From Girardia tigrina (lineage: Eukaryota): a DNA stretch of 50,033 bases. Position 1 is the stretch's first letter. Each line of letters begins with the position of its first letter. A program made the translations under genes and the position numbers. Under the pieces are notes generated by a model. That model worked only from the letters and a program-made list of their open reading frames with translations, searched no databases and had not been told where the DNA came from. The stretch lies in NCBI GenBank assembly GCA_001938485.1, contig MQRK01240488.1, positions 1 through 50,033 on the forward strand, in the 5' to 3' direction. Positions 37,451-49,867 of the stretch are shown here, in pieces.

Positions 37451-39977
37451 GAACTCTACTTTGTCACCAAAGTTTTAATAAAAAATAATTTAAAAAATTT
37501 TATTGTGAGGAACGTTTTGAATTGTGCGTTTGTAGTGATCTTCTCAATCAACCAAAAAAATCCGATTCGAAAAAATCGGATTAGAAATTAAAAATAATGA
37601 CTGTTAGAAATTCAACCTTGTTTAAATAATTACAATTAATGTTAGAAATTTGAATTAATAAATGATGAATACTTTTTTTCTCTATGTTAATTTATTAATA
37701 TCATTTAATTCGTAACACTATGCTATTTTCATTTTGATTGATATTTTCTTTGATTTAATTAATTTAATTTTAATTTAATTTAATTTTAAAGTAAAAAGAT
37801 TTAAAATAATTTTTGAATGTATTATTTAATTTTTAATGTAATTTAAAATTTTAATATATTAATCTAATATGTACTTTTTTAAAAATGTTTAGATTTAATT
37901 TTTAAATTGTTTCTATTTTTCTTTTTAAATAAATTATAATCAGAATTTTTATACTTTTAGTTTGTAAGTATAACGATGATGATGAATTGTATAAGTGGAA
38001 TAATGTCTTTCATTGATATTATTATTACCCCTACCACTACATCTATCAAATTTTAAAACTAGTAATTTTATTACTTGAAAAATTATTAACTTTTCTTTTT
38101 TTCTCTGGATTAACTTCTCTTTTTACTGTCTCTCCAAACTCTATCCTAAATATCATAGAGCAATGATTCTCCATGGAATGTATACCTCTTTCGTCTGAGA
38201 ATGTCTTCAATTATAATACAATAATTGATAATAATAATTGATCAATTATAGTTGTCCAGTGTGTGAGTAGCGGAAATAACACGATAATAACATTAATTGT
38301 CCCCATCAAAACAATTCAACAATTAAGGATACGCGAAATAATAATGGCCGTTCTGTGTGATAACTGTAGGGATGAGTATTTTGTTTCTGATTGTTCTCAC
38401 ATATTCATGCTAATATATCCCAACAATCACGAGGAAGTACTCTATTTATTTCTCTGAGCCTTTATAAAACTCTAATTTCGGTTTCCTAAAAGTAGCAAAA
38501 AATCATATTTCAGAGAAAAAATTTTGAAATATTAAATTTATTATCAAATTTTGTATGAAATTATTGTTTTTTTATTTATATTTAAAATTAATGAGAGTCA
38601 ATTCTTTTATTGTGGAGAGAGTTACAGCAGTTCTTTTCTTCCTTATAGATTAAAACTTATTATTTTTAATGTTTATAATTATGGTATTATAATTATGGTA
38701 TTATAATTATGGTATCATCAGGACAATTTCAAGTTTACACATAAAATTATCAAAGACAACCAAAATCAATCAAAACAGTGTGTAAACTTTCTATGTATGA
38801 TCACTTTAAAAGATATTTATTTGTTCATACACACACACATACATATATACATATGTATATAAATAATCTGAATAAGCATTTATTATTTTACTAAAATCCT
38901 TTGATTACATTCTGTGAAGAACGGACCATGTCATGAATTTTAGTGAAAATATAAATGGTTAATCAAATGATATTTTCTATGTTTTTGTTTTATAACAGGC
39001 GTTTTATCACATTATCAATTCATCACATGCAGGTTTCAAGTTTAAATTTTATATTTATTTTACTTCAATGATCGACATTATAAATTTTAACCCATATAAT
39101 TAACGAAACTGCTCAGCACTCACAAGCGAGCAGTATAACATTTTCGGGAGTGCATGCAACAGTAATTGAGATAAAGATAAATGAATGAACAATTTTAGCC
39201 TCTATAGCCATATAACAGTGGTTACTATGTCTTGCAGTGAGATAAATAAGACCTTATCAGACAGGAATATTGTTGTACTCAACCTTTGATGATATCAAAA
39301 GGCTAATAATAATACGAAACTGCATATTTTCTAACCCCTACGTTTAAATGATCAAATAACGAATTAAGAAATTATTATTTGGCAATAATGATATATATGT
39401 TCTTTCATACCTGACTGTTTATTTTCATCTTGACCGAGGTTATATTATTTTTTGTGTGGTGATTTTAAAATTATTGTTAGTTTGACTTTGCTTTGTTTAT
39501 TTCTTTTTTGAATAAATCTCACAATTAAATCCCACATCTTCATTATTTTTGTTATTGTTTAATTATAGTGATAGAAAATTATTGTTTCTGCAGGTGCTAA
39601 AATCAATTAAGAATTGCTAGATCTAGTACTGTTTAAAGACACTACTCGCGGATTGATATATGCCGATTGAAAATATATCTATTTAAAAACAATTCATTTG
39701 TAATGTATAAAAACATTTTAAAACCTTGGTTTTATATTTACTGTAATATGTTGCATAATGTATTACGACATTTTCTAATTGCTGCTCTCGAAAATCTGAT
39801 ATTTTTGGAAATGTCAGGCCACCCCTGTTATGGAGTATTATTTTATTTTTTTAATAGATAAAAGAAATAATAATTTTTTCATTATTTTTATGTTTTTTTT
39901 GAAAAATAAAATAAAATTTTATAATTTTCTTTTTCATGTATAATTTAAGTATATATATTTAATAATAATTTTATATA

Positions 39978-40749
39978 TGTTGAGGGAGTTGAGGGCATAT
40001 TCTCAAAATTTATAATATATGTATTGTGTTTAAATTAATAAATATTATAAACAAATTATATTTTTTCATAAATAAAATATTTATGATAATAAATATAAAA
40101 TTATATTTTTTATATAAATAAATAGAATACTTAAGAGAATTCGGTAAATAGGAAGAGAAAAAGAAAGATAAATAATTATAAGAAAAGAATAAATTATTTA
40201 TTTAAAATAAAAATAAAGCTGATTTTAAAAAGAAAGACCTAGTATAAAAGGTCATTTTTTATTAGATTTTAAAAGTACAGAAAGTCATTAAGAAGTTAGA
40301 AGTTACAAAGTTCAAGACGAGTTTATTTACAAGACGTGTTATTTGTTTATTGAAAGTCAAGACGAGTTACTTAACAAGACGTGTTTTAAATTATCTGTTT
40401 ATTGAAAGACGACGAATAAATTAGTCTCGACAATTATATTTAAAGAAGTCCGATCAGAAGGTGAACATTCATTTTAAATTGACACCGAAAGAGTGCGAGT
40501 CGAAAGAATTTAATAGTTTGTGAAACCAAATTGAAGCACTGAAATAGTGTAATAATTTTTTAAAGTAATTTTTCAAAAGATTTTTTATTTAAAGATTTAT
40601 TTTATAAATAAATAAATATATACATATATAAACGCGCTGGAAAGTGCGTCCTCGACTTTTTAAATACGGTTACTCGAGTTGTCGCCAAGACTTTCGAAGT
40701 TAAAATATAAAATCAGCCAGGGGCCAAATAAACCTTATTCTTTTCAACA
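39978..40749 (+). repeat. Probable solo LTR
   Basis: TGTTGA...TCAACA termini, internal TATAAAAG and a short direct duplication (AAGACGAGTT...ACAAGACGTGTT); no matching TSD seen. Confidence 0.5.
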
Positions 40750-43539
40750 TCTTTATCTTAATAAAAAACTGTAATAAATTGTATATATAAAATAAATTTT
40801 GCAAATAAAACTAGACTTTTTCCTAAACTAAATAGAAACACAACTAACACTCAACATATATACGATCCTCAAAAGATATAAAATGGAAACAAATCCCTTA
40901 CATAAAAATATTTAATTCTTCCAACACATTAAAATAACCAGAAGTAATAACAAAAAACATTATAAAATGTTTAAAATAACTTGTTGGACCTGGTTAACTC
41001 AAACAAAATAATATCAACATATCTGAATAATGTCTTTTTATAATTTATTTTACAAATATTTAAAAGTATTTATATTTACAAAATAAGTTCCACAATAAAT
41101 TCCTAAGTATTTTAGTTTATAGAAGGAAAACGAACGAAGACGAAACTAAAGTAAAATTATAAAAAAAATCATTCCGATTATTATTCATTCATTTTTATTA
41201 TATATTGTTTTGTATTGTAATTATTTTTTTTTAATTTTGTTTTTCAAAGATACAAAAACATTCTTTCTTTACAAATCGGTGATTAATAAAGATATAATTA
41301 TCAAGCTTTATAATGATTCGAAAAAATCTGAAAAAATAATATTTAATTAACCTTATACAAATATAATTAATATCAAATAGAAACCTAAAATTATAATATA
41401 TATTATCTCGTAAAAAAATTGTAGACTTAAATAAAAATATTCTGTTTAAATAATGACATATTGTTTCAACATTTTCTTAATTATAAAAAAAATGTTCAAG
41501 TAAAAAAGTCTTTTCTATTGCATTTTTCAAAAAAAATTTAAAAATTGTTTTTAATTAATTATATAAGTAATTAATTACAATTGAAAGAACAACTACACTT
41601 TCATTATTTCTCATCATTTAATGCAAATATATAAAAATATAATTTATAATAGAATCAAATATAATACTGATCCTTTAAAAATATAATTTTCATTCTTGAA
41701 GATCGTCACACAGAATTTATGTCATTATGAAGGGCTTTAAAATGTTTAATTTATTATAATATCATTAATCTCAAAAAATATTTTGTTTTATCTGGATGGC
41801 TGATCTCAGGGGTTCTGGGACCCATGCTTGTTTCATTATATATGTATCTTTATCAGTTACACGATAAGTAATGTTTAAAATAGGAATAAGAAGACCAACA
41901 AGAAGATGTATTTGTGAATATGATTATTATCAAAATTATAATCATTTTATTGATGAAAATTTAGAATCAAGTTTGCAGTCGGATACTACAAAACCAATTA
42001 TCAAATCAATTCAATAATTCAGATCAAAAGGAATTTTGTTGACCCTCAAAGAAGCCATAATGATTCCATGTGAACTTGAGTAAAAAAAGCCATAGTTTTC
42101 TGAATTTCATATCGCTGGATTCAGAAGTTTTGTATGGCATTTATAACATCATTTTAATCTCTGATACGTCTCGAGGGGGGTTTGATATTACTTTCAACCT
42201 CTGTAGAAATATATCAGAAAAGGAAGATATAATTTAGAAAAATTAAACCTTCCACTAAAATTTAGAAATGATTAAATTAGATTATAAGATTTAATAACTA
42301 AATGACAACACGAGAAAATATTTTTCATATAAATTTATTTAATATACAATAATTACAAATAGGATTTTACAATGAAACTCAAATGTCCTTAGTGTGTAAT
42401 GTGAGATTTTAGTGGTGGTCACAGTACATCGACTGCAGACCACGAATAGATGAGTTAATAATAATAAGGATTATTAATTTAAGAATTTAAATAATAATAA
42501 ATAATAATTAATTATTGATTTTAAAATATTAAAATTTAATAATAAAAACTTATAATCAATTTTCAAGAATCTCACCCTGTGTGAAAATTAATCTCCTCAA
42601 TAGACAATTTCGATTATCAACAATTTCTCAATTTCTTCCTTGAGCAATTCTTCTTGTTATAATCAACAAATCTTCGAATCAAATTAGAATTTTTCTCAAA
42701 CTTCTTTACTAAAGTCGGTAATATAACCGATAGTTTTCGACAATAAAATGATTGTAAGCTTTCTTCAGTCTTCTTCGATATAATACAATTGAAAGTCTTC
42801 TAATTGATAGTAATCGATAGTCTCCTCCGATGAACAACAATTAAAATGATTGGAATTCTTCTTCGAACGGGGGCTCTTNNNNNNNNNNNNNNNNNNNNNN
42901 NNNNNNNNNNNNNNNNNNNNNNNNNNNNNNNNNNNNNNNNNNNNNNNNNNNNNNNNNNNNNNNNNNNNNNNNNNNNNNNNNNNNNNNNNNNNNNNNNNNN
43001 NNNNNNNNNNNNNNNNNNNNNNNNNNNNNNNNNNNNNNNNNNNNNNNNNNNNNNNNNNNNNNNNNNNNNNNNNNNNNNNNNNNNNNNNNNNNNNNNNNNN
43101 NNNNNNNNNNNNNNNNNNNNNNNNNNNNNNNNNNNNNNNNNNNNNNNNNNNNNNNNNNNNNNNNNNNNNNNNNNNNNNNNNNNNNNNNNNNNNNNNNNNN
43201 NNNNNNNNNNNNNNNNNNNNNNNNNNNNNNNNNNNNNNNNNNNNNNNNNNNNNNNNNNNNNNNNNNNNNNNNNNNNNNNNNNNNNNNNNTATATTTATTA
43301 CAAAAAAATAAAACCAAAAATCAAAGCAATAACACAATATCAAATAATTATCAAAATAAATTAAAGTCAAAATCAAATAATTATATCAAAGTCAAAATAC
43401 TTATAAATAAAATAATTATATCAATCCCCAACATCTCAATGAAATATAATAAATAAATAAAATATATATAAACTTGAAAATAAAATAAAATATAAAATAT
43501 CTTCTTATAATAAATAATAAATTAAATAAAAACGAATTG

Positions 43540-43900
43540 GATGTATAAATCTTTACATTTGAAAAAATAATTTTGTTAGAGTTATTTCAGGAAATCGATT
43601 TTTGTATGTTTCAAATTTGCATATTTCATCAGCAGCAATTATAATTTTCGAATTATTGATTTAAATATTTTGTTTCTAATGGGAGATTTGAAAATTTATA
43701 TTTTATTTTTTTAATAAATTTAAAAATCTTCCATTAAAAATCAAAACATTTTAATCAAAATATGCAAATATTTTACAAATTATAATTGCTGATGATGTAA
43801 TACGAAATTCCGAAACATGTTCAAAAATCAATTCTCAAAAAAGCTTTAACCAAATAATTTTTAAAAAATATCAAATTAGCGTTTACAAGACTCAATACTA
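43540..43900. mobile_element. Inverted pair of Penelope-like terminal repeats with hammerhead remnants
   Basis: Imperfect palindrome of about 300 bp; the right arm CTGATGAT...CGAAACATGTTCAA...AAAAAAGCTTTAA...ACAAGACTCAATA is homologous to 49756-49870 on the minus strand. Confidence 0.6.
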
Positions 43901-44040
43901 TATGTTCTTTAAAGAAAGATAAGGAAATTGATAGAAAATATTTTAATTCGTCACAAAAACGCAGGACATCAGCCTAGCAACTCTACATGGAATTTTATCA
44001 ACAGGAGTTGACTTTTAAATCAAAACTTGACCATAAGAAA

Positions 44041-44209
44041 GGCCGTTTTTGTCCAATATTACTCGCTTGAATATTTCTCTCAAACTGAAGGTCTGAATCC
44101 CCGTGATAGGTTCCCGTGAGAACAATTTCATGTTCGGCAGATATAAACACCCTTGATCAATAATTTGATTACCACACTATCCGGCTTTCAGATGAAGGAT
44201 TTCACCACT
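44041..44209 (-). pseudogene. TUBB: Beta-tubulin N-terminal pseudogene fragment
   Basis: Reads (S)GEILHLKAG*CGNQI, frameshift, [23 protein letters not shown], versus canonical MREIVHLQAGQCGNQI...[23 protein letters not shown]. Confidence 0.9.
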
Positions 44210-44989
44210 CTTTGTTAAGAAAGATAACAATTGATTTTTTTAAATTGTGTTGTGAGAATCTGGCGCACTCTTAAAATTTTTGAATATTTAAAATAAGCAA
44301 ATATCTAAAATCAAAAGTTCTTGAAAAAAATTATTAATTCAAAATATCTCTAGTTAATTTTTTAAAAAAAAGTAATTCTCAAAAATAATTTAATGAAATT
44401 TTATTTGCTAAAAATGTAAGTTTGAAATTATTTGTTAAATAATTGATTTTCAAAAAATAATTGATTTTTTTAAATGTGTTGTGAATAACTTTGAGAAGTA
44501 GTTAAATTCCGTTGATTTTGAAATTTATTTTAAACTAAATTTTATAAAATATTGAAATGCAATTCTGTAAAATTATTATATCTAAAAAAATATAAAATTT
44601 ATAATTCAGTATTTTATGTATAATTAATTTGGTCAAAAAGAAAGCAATAGAAAAGTTCCTCAACAAAAATTGTTATTTGTGATAGAAATAAAGTCTTGCG
44701 TTTATGAATTCCATTCTTGATCAAAAACCCAATATCACTATTTGTTGTTTCATAAAAAAATGTTCAAGATATTTTATACTAATCTTATTACAAATAATTC
44801 AACAAAATTATTTAACAGGTAAACAACCTATTAACTGGCAGATTAGGAAATCAGCAAAGAGTACTCCAATATTGGATCACGATATTTGACAAGGAGAAAT
44901 AAAAATAAGTATAACTTAGAGTATCGTCAAAATCGTTATTCTTAACCAATAATGAATGATCTGGGAGATAATTGTCAATAATTTTCGAT

Positions 44990-45943
44990 TTCTGATCAAT
45001 CAATGTATGTTTTGGCTAGAAAGTTTCACGAGACCGGCTCTGTAACCGACAAGAAAAGAAGTGGGCGCCCTAACAATATGAATACCGATGAAAATAAAGA
45101 AAATGTTAGAACTTTCTATCAGAATGCGCCATTAACATCTACAGTTCGTGCAAGTTTTCAGTTGCATATACCACGCACAAGTTTACGTAGAATAATGAAG
45201 GAATCAATGAGAACATCGACATCAGGGACAGAATAATTTGGACCGACGAAGCTTCATTTAAGTTGAATGGTCACGTTAATTTGCATAATGCCGCGTACTA
45301 CTCCACTGGCAATCCTCGTCTGGTATGGGAGACTAACAATCTTTCTTCACGAATTTGTGTGTGGGGAGGAATACGTTCAACGGGTGTGCTGGGTCCATAC
45401 TTCTTTGATGGAACGGTCAATTCTCAGCTATATCTTGACATGCTGCGTGATTTTGCCGTACCTCAGCTTGACACAGATAACGACGTTTGGATGCAAGACG
45501 GTGCTCCCCCTCATTATGGTAGAAATGTACGCGACTTTTTGGATAACACTTTTGAGATGTGGATAGACAGGAGAGGAACCACTGAATGACCTCCACGATC
45601 ACCGGACCTGACACCTTGTGATTATTCAATGTGGGGTATCCTGAAAGAACGCGTTTACTCACAAAATGTTCTAACCATATCCGAGTTGAAGGAAAGAATT
45701 ACTACAGAATTTGCAGCCTTGAACAACGATAAAGACTTGTACCGACGAATCTGTCACTCTGTTCAGAGAAGAATCCAGTTGTGTATTAAATCTGAGGGAC
45801 AACACTTTGAAGACAAGATTTAATTGTTTTCAAGTTTTTGTTTTGAAATTATTATTGTACGCTGATTAAATAAAAGTTGTATCATTTAGAATGTTGTGTT
45901 TATTATTATTAAAACTGGGTAAAGTGACTTATGGCCACCCCTG
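44990..45943 (+). mobile_element. Tc1/mariner-superfamily element (rosa/DD41D-like; D-D spacing counted as 40)
   Basis: KFHETGSV.DKKRSGRP; IIWTDEASF; GPYFFDGTVN; QDGAPPH...*PPRSPDLTPCD; 3' TIR ...TGGCCACCCCTG|TA. Confidence 0.9.
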
Positions 45944-46585
45944 TAGTTCGACTGTCACAATATTTAATTTCTATTAAACAAAAACTACTCGACGCAATAC
46001 ACACATAAACACACACACACATACACACATATATATCAACGTGTGATAAGGTGGTTAAATGTGTGTACCTGTACAAAAGAAGTAAACAAAAAGGTTAGTG
46101 AAAAGAATTGAGAATTCTTTCGATGTCGGTTAAATAGATTTAGAAATGAAGAGATTTTTGAAAAGAAGGCCATGAAATATAAGTAAATAAATTTACGATA
46201 TTTATTATTAAAAATATTCAAAAAACTATTTTTCCAAACTTCTACTTTATTTAACACAAATAATTATTTTCAAATTGTAAATAATTTTTCCTATACAATT
46301 GTTTACCGTATTATCTTTACAAAAAAAAGAGAATTTAAAATTAAAACAAATTAAAGTTTAAAGATAAATTTTCGTTTTCTTCTTCTTCTTCTTTTCTGTA
46401 AAATATTATTTTCCTCATTAAATCAAATGTGTTTTCCATTTCCATATGAAAAGTAAATCATAAAATCGTGAGTTGTGACATAATCATCATCATCATTTTA
46501 AATATTGTCAAAAAACGACTCAATTTCTCAAATGAACTTGTGAAGGTCTTAATTTCTCATTTCCTCAACACTTTGTCGGTGAGGC

Positions 46586-46686
46586 TCATTTCATCCTGTT
46601 TGACAGCAGATTTAATAAACCGAGATTCCATCCCCAGTTCCAGCGATTCGGATAATCAACAATATCTTTATAAATTTCTGTCTGAC
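46586..46686 (-). CDS. Candidate terminal exon
   Basis: CAACAG| acceptor, then QTEIYKDIVDYPNRWNWGWNLGLLNLLSNRMK*; the reading frame is uncertain. Confidence 0.3.
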
Positions 46687-47063
46687 CTGTTGTGAGAAGC
46701 AAAACATTTAAATCAAAATTATTAATATAAAAAACATTAAGTATTATTTCTTCCTGTCGATAAAATTATTTGGAATCTTAATCCATTAATTAATGAATAT
46801 TTTCTCCCATTCTATTTTCGTTACATGTTCTCTTTTCCGTTATTGAATTTATGGAGATTAATAATAATAATATTTTCAATGTCACAAAAGCAATAATAAT
46901 AATAATAATTATTATTATTATTATCGTCATTGTTATAATTATTGGCGTTATAACTCATGTATCCGTTAACATAAATATCATTATTAAGAATATATTTTTT
47001 ACAATACTTATAATAACTCACTTCCAATATATATTGTGGGTAAAAAACGTTTAATAAATTTGT

Positions 47064-47102
<39 letters not shown>

Positions 47103-47106
<4 letters not shown>

Positions 47107-47860
47107 TAAAATATATATGTGTTAAAAATCTGTTAAACGATTTTTCACCCACTTCTCATTGTCCGATCGAACTGAAATTTTACCCTAATTCGTAATCTCG
47201 ATGATAATACATGAATCAATATCAAAATTTACTATCTAAATGATTAATTAGTCATTTTTGCACCAAAATAAATTACTGGTCATGTCATAATTATCCACAT
47301 TGATAAATTAAATAAAATGAATTTATAAATATATCTTAACTTTATAAATTGTCTGTAACTTTTAGGAATAATTCATCTTTTGGATTCTCTATTTTTTATT
47401 TGGATGTATCTTTGTCATGGGGAATTTAATAAAAAATGATTTTCGAGATTTTGGTATTCTACTCTTTTTATCATTTTCTCGTTAAAAACTTTTTGATGGT
47501 TTAAGGTGATGGAACGGCTCCATAAATGTTTTAGAGTCATCATTGTATTGTATTGTATAATATTGTATTGTAAAATTGTATTAAAAATACTGTGCTCTAA
47601 TTTTAGTATGGTACATTTTAATACACTTTTATATGTGTTATAAGTGTTGTAATATGAATATCTTTTAGACACAAAACCTTTTAGAGCTTCTACAAGAAAG
47701 GTTTTTACCGTAAATTTTCAGTAAATATTGTAATACGTTATTATTAATAACAATTTAAAAATAGCAAAAACCATTTCAAGCATATGTATGCAAGATTTTG
47801 TAATAGTTTTTATTAAAACTAAAAATTTGAAACGACAACGCACCGTATCTTAATAATTAA
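47103..47860 (+). mobile_element. Possible decayed Helitron/HINE-like element
   Basis: Starts next to a (TA)n tract, with a TCCGATCGAACTGAAATTTT motif and a weak 3' hairpin-like end near 47835-47855. Confidence 0.3.
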
Positions 47861-48008
47861 TTAACTAATTAATACAATTTAATATTACAATTTTAAATTA
47901 TGTACAAATTTTCAGTTGGAAGAATTGGAAATCAATTTTTATTATGTGTATAATAAATAATCATGTTCAATTTTACAAAATGTGTCAGTAACTCACTGCA
48001 CAGATATT

Positions 48009-48108
48009 GGGGACCTGTTACTTGGTAACCTGTGTTCAGCCAGTCGGACATACCTCCACGTGGTGTCCCTGTGAAACTAGAGCTCTCTTCTCTAAGCTAA
48101 AGTGTCCG
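48009..48108 (+). ncRNA. HDV-like (CPEB3-like) self-cleaving ribozyme
   Basis: P1 GGGGAC (48009-14) / GTCCCT (48065-70) with G1-U wobble; P2 CGGACAT (48045-51) / GTGTCCG (48102-08); P3 ACC/GGT; L3 TCCACGT; P4 TAGAG/CTCTA; J4/2 GCTAA with the catalytic C at 48097. Confidence 0.85.
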
Positions 48109-48352
48109 CAGCTTGCCTTGTTGGGGTGCTGACCAACATAGTACAGAAGGCGAGGACCTGCAATCCACCTCTTTGAAATGCTATCTGAGCGGAATCGTAG
48201 AAACGTCGAAAGGCGGGGCCCATGGTTAGTTGAAGGATGACACCCAATGATACAACCGACTCAGCTCCTTATAGATTCTGAGTCATTATCACAGGTGAGA
48301 GCCACATGAATTCTATCCAGGTTCGTGTGCTGCCACCTTGGGGAGGAGGCCT
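48009..48352 (+). mobile_element. 344-bp ribozyme-headed short retroelement
   Basis: Perfect 14-bp TSD ACTGCACAGATATT at 47995-48008 and 48353-48366; the 5' end coincides with ribozyme G1; GC-rich relative to the flanks; no ORF. Confidence 0.85.
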
Positions 48353-48823
48353 ACTGCACAGATATTAACATTTGATGATTATTGTATCGCTCATATATTT
48401 GATAACTTTCGTCGCCCATTGAAATTAGTTGATGAAGACTTGTTGCTCCTTGAGATGAATGGGTTGTCATCTCCTAAGATATTATCAACAAATTTATTCA
48501 TTTTATACCATAAAATTTGCCTGACTTGAATAAATACCGTGAACAAACCACTGATTATTGATTTATTCGTGTATTACTATTTGTCTTAATAAATGTGTTT
48601 CTTCTGTGGTGTTCATTTACTTTTGACATTGCTTTGATTATATACATATCTCTTTTATTTTATTTATTTTTTTGCAACACAATACAACTAAAATATTTGA
48701 TAAATAAATTACCGGTTCAAGCAAAAAGTCAATATCATTATTTAAAAAAAATAAAAGGTAAAAAAATTAGTTTTCTCTGAATTTTTCTTTTGTACTACTA
48801 AAAATTGAATTCCGGGAACTCAC

Positions 48824-48951
48824 TTCAAAAATATAACGCGGTAGATTACACCCTTTATCAATCAGTCCAGTAAAACCATTTGGATCCTTTACAAAAGGGC
48901 GTATTCTCAAGTCCGTAATCGTAGCAAAAACATTTACTAAGACTAATTTCC
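48824..48951 (-). CDS. Candidate internal exon of an unidentified gene
   Basis: AG|GG KLVLVNVFATITDLRIRPFVKDPNGFTGLIDKGCNLPRYIFE |GTGAGT (consensus donor), open frame. Confidence 0.45.
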
Positions 48952-49705
48952 CTTAAATTCCAGTTTCTTTCAAAGAAAAGAATAATTTAACAGTCACAAA
49001 TGTATTGATAATCATATTCATTCTTCTCTATACTACACACCATAACTATAGCTATCTGTTAATTTGATTTTTATTTGTCCTGATCTGATCCTAATATTGA
49101 CTGAACCACTCTCTCATATTCTCCTCCAGTTCTTTCCGTTAATAAATACAATAATTGCTTAAATTTATTAATTATTTTATTTTTCTATTTATGCTTATGT
49201 CTAGTTTTTGTCTTTCATATTACAATTGCATAAATTAAAGGATACCTAAAAATTAATTTTTAAATAACGAAATCAAAGAAAACAAATAAAAGTGATCTTA
49301 ATTTCGTTACGACAAATAAATTTGTAAAATTTACATCTCCACATTGCTAAATATACAATATTGGAATATTATTCATTAAATATAAATAAAGAAATCTAAA
49401 TTTATGGATTTGAATATTAAATCAGACAACGCGCTTCGAGACACTTGCGTATACATAATCAAATCAATCTTCAAATTGATTTTTTGTGCAAATAAATTTG
49501 GTTTATTATATTTAAATTAAAATTAAATGCATAAAATGAAGAATTTGATTTCGAAATGAAATCCAGAACAAAGTGTGTTTCGTCTGTAATTGATTGATTA
49601 GCGTTGACCGAATGCGTTGTTAAACAAAATGTCACGAAAAACCAAACTGATACCGTTGAGAAGACACATCGTTTTCTCAGAAAAGCGTTCAGTCTATCAT
49701 TTCAG

Positions 49706-49759
<54 letters not shown>

Positions 49760-49823
49760 AGTCTTGTGAACGCAAGTTTAGTATTTCGAAAATATAATTT
49801 GATTAAAGCTTTTTTTATATAAT

Positions 49824-49867
49824 TATTGGACATGTTTCGATGTTTACATACATTATCATCAGCAGTT
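49824..49867 (-). ncRNA. Minimal type-I hammerhead ribozyme motif (Penelope-type), slightly degenerate
   Basis: Minus strand ACTG-CTGATGA-T-AATGT-ATGTAA-ACATC-GAAAC-AT-GTC-CAAT: intact core, GUC triplet and palindromic stem III; stems I and II each have one mismatch. Confidence 0.6.

Noticed and set aside
46851-47054. Poly-Ile / poly-Asn ORFs
   Set aside because: Derived from an (AAT)n/(ATT)n trinucleotide microsatellite.
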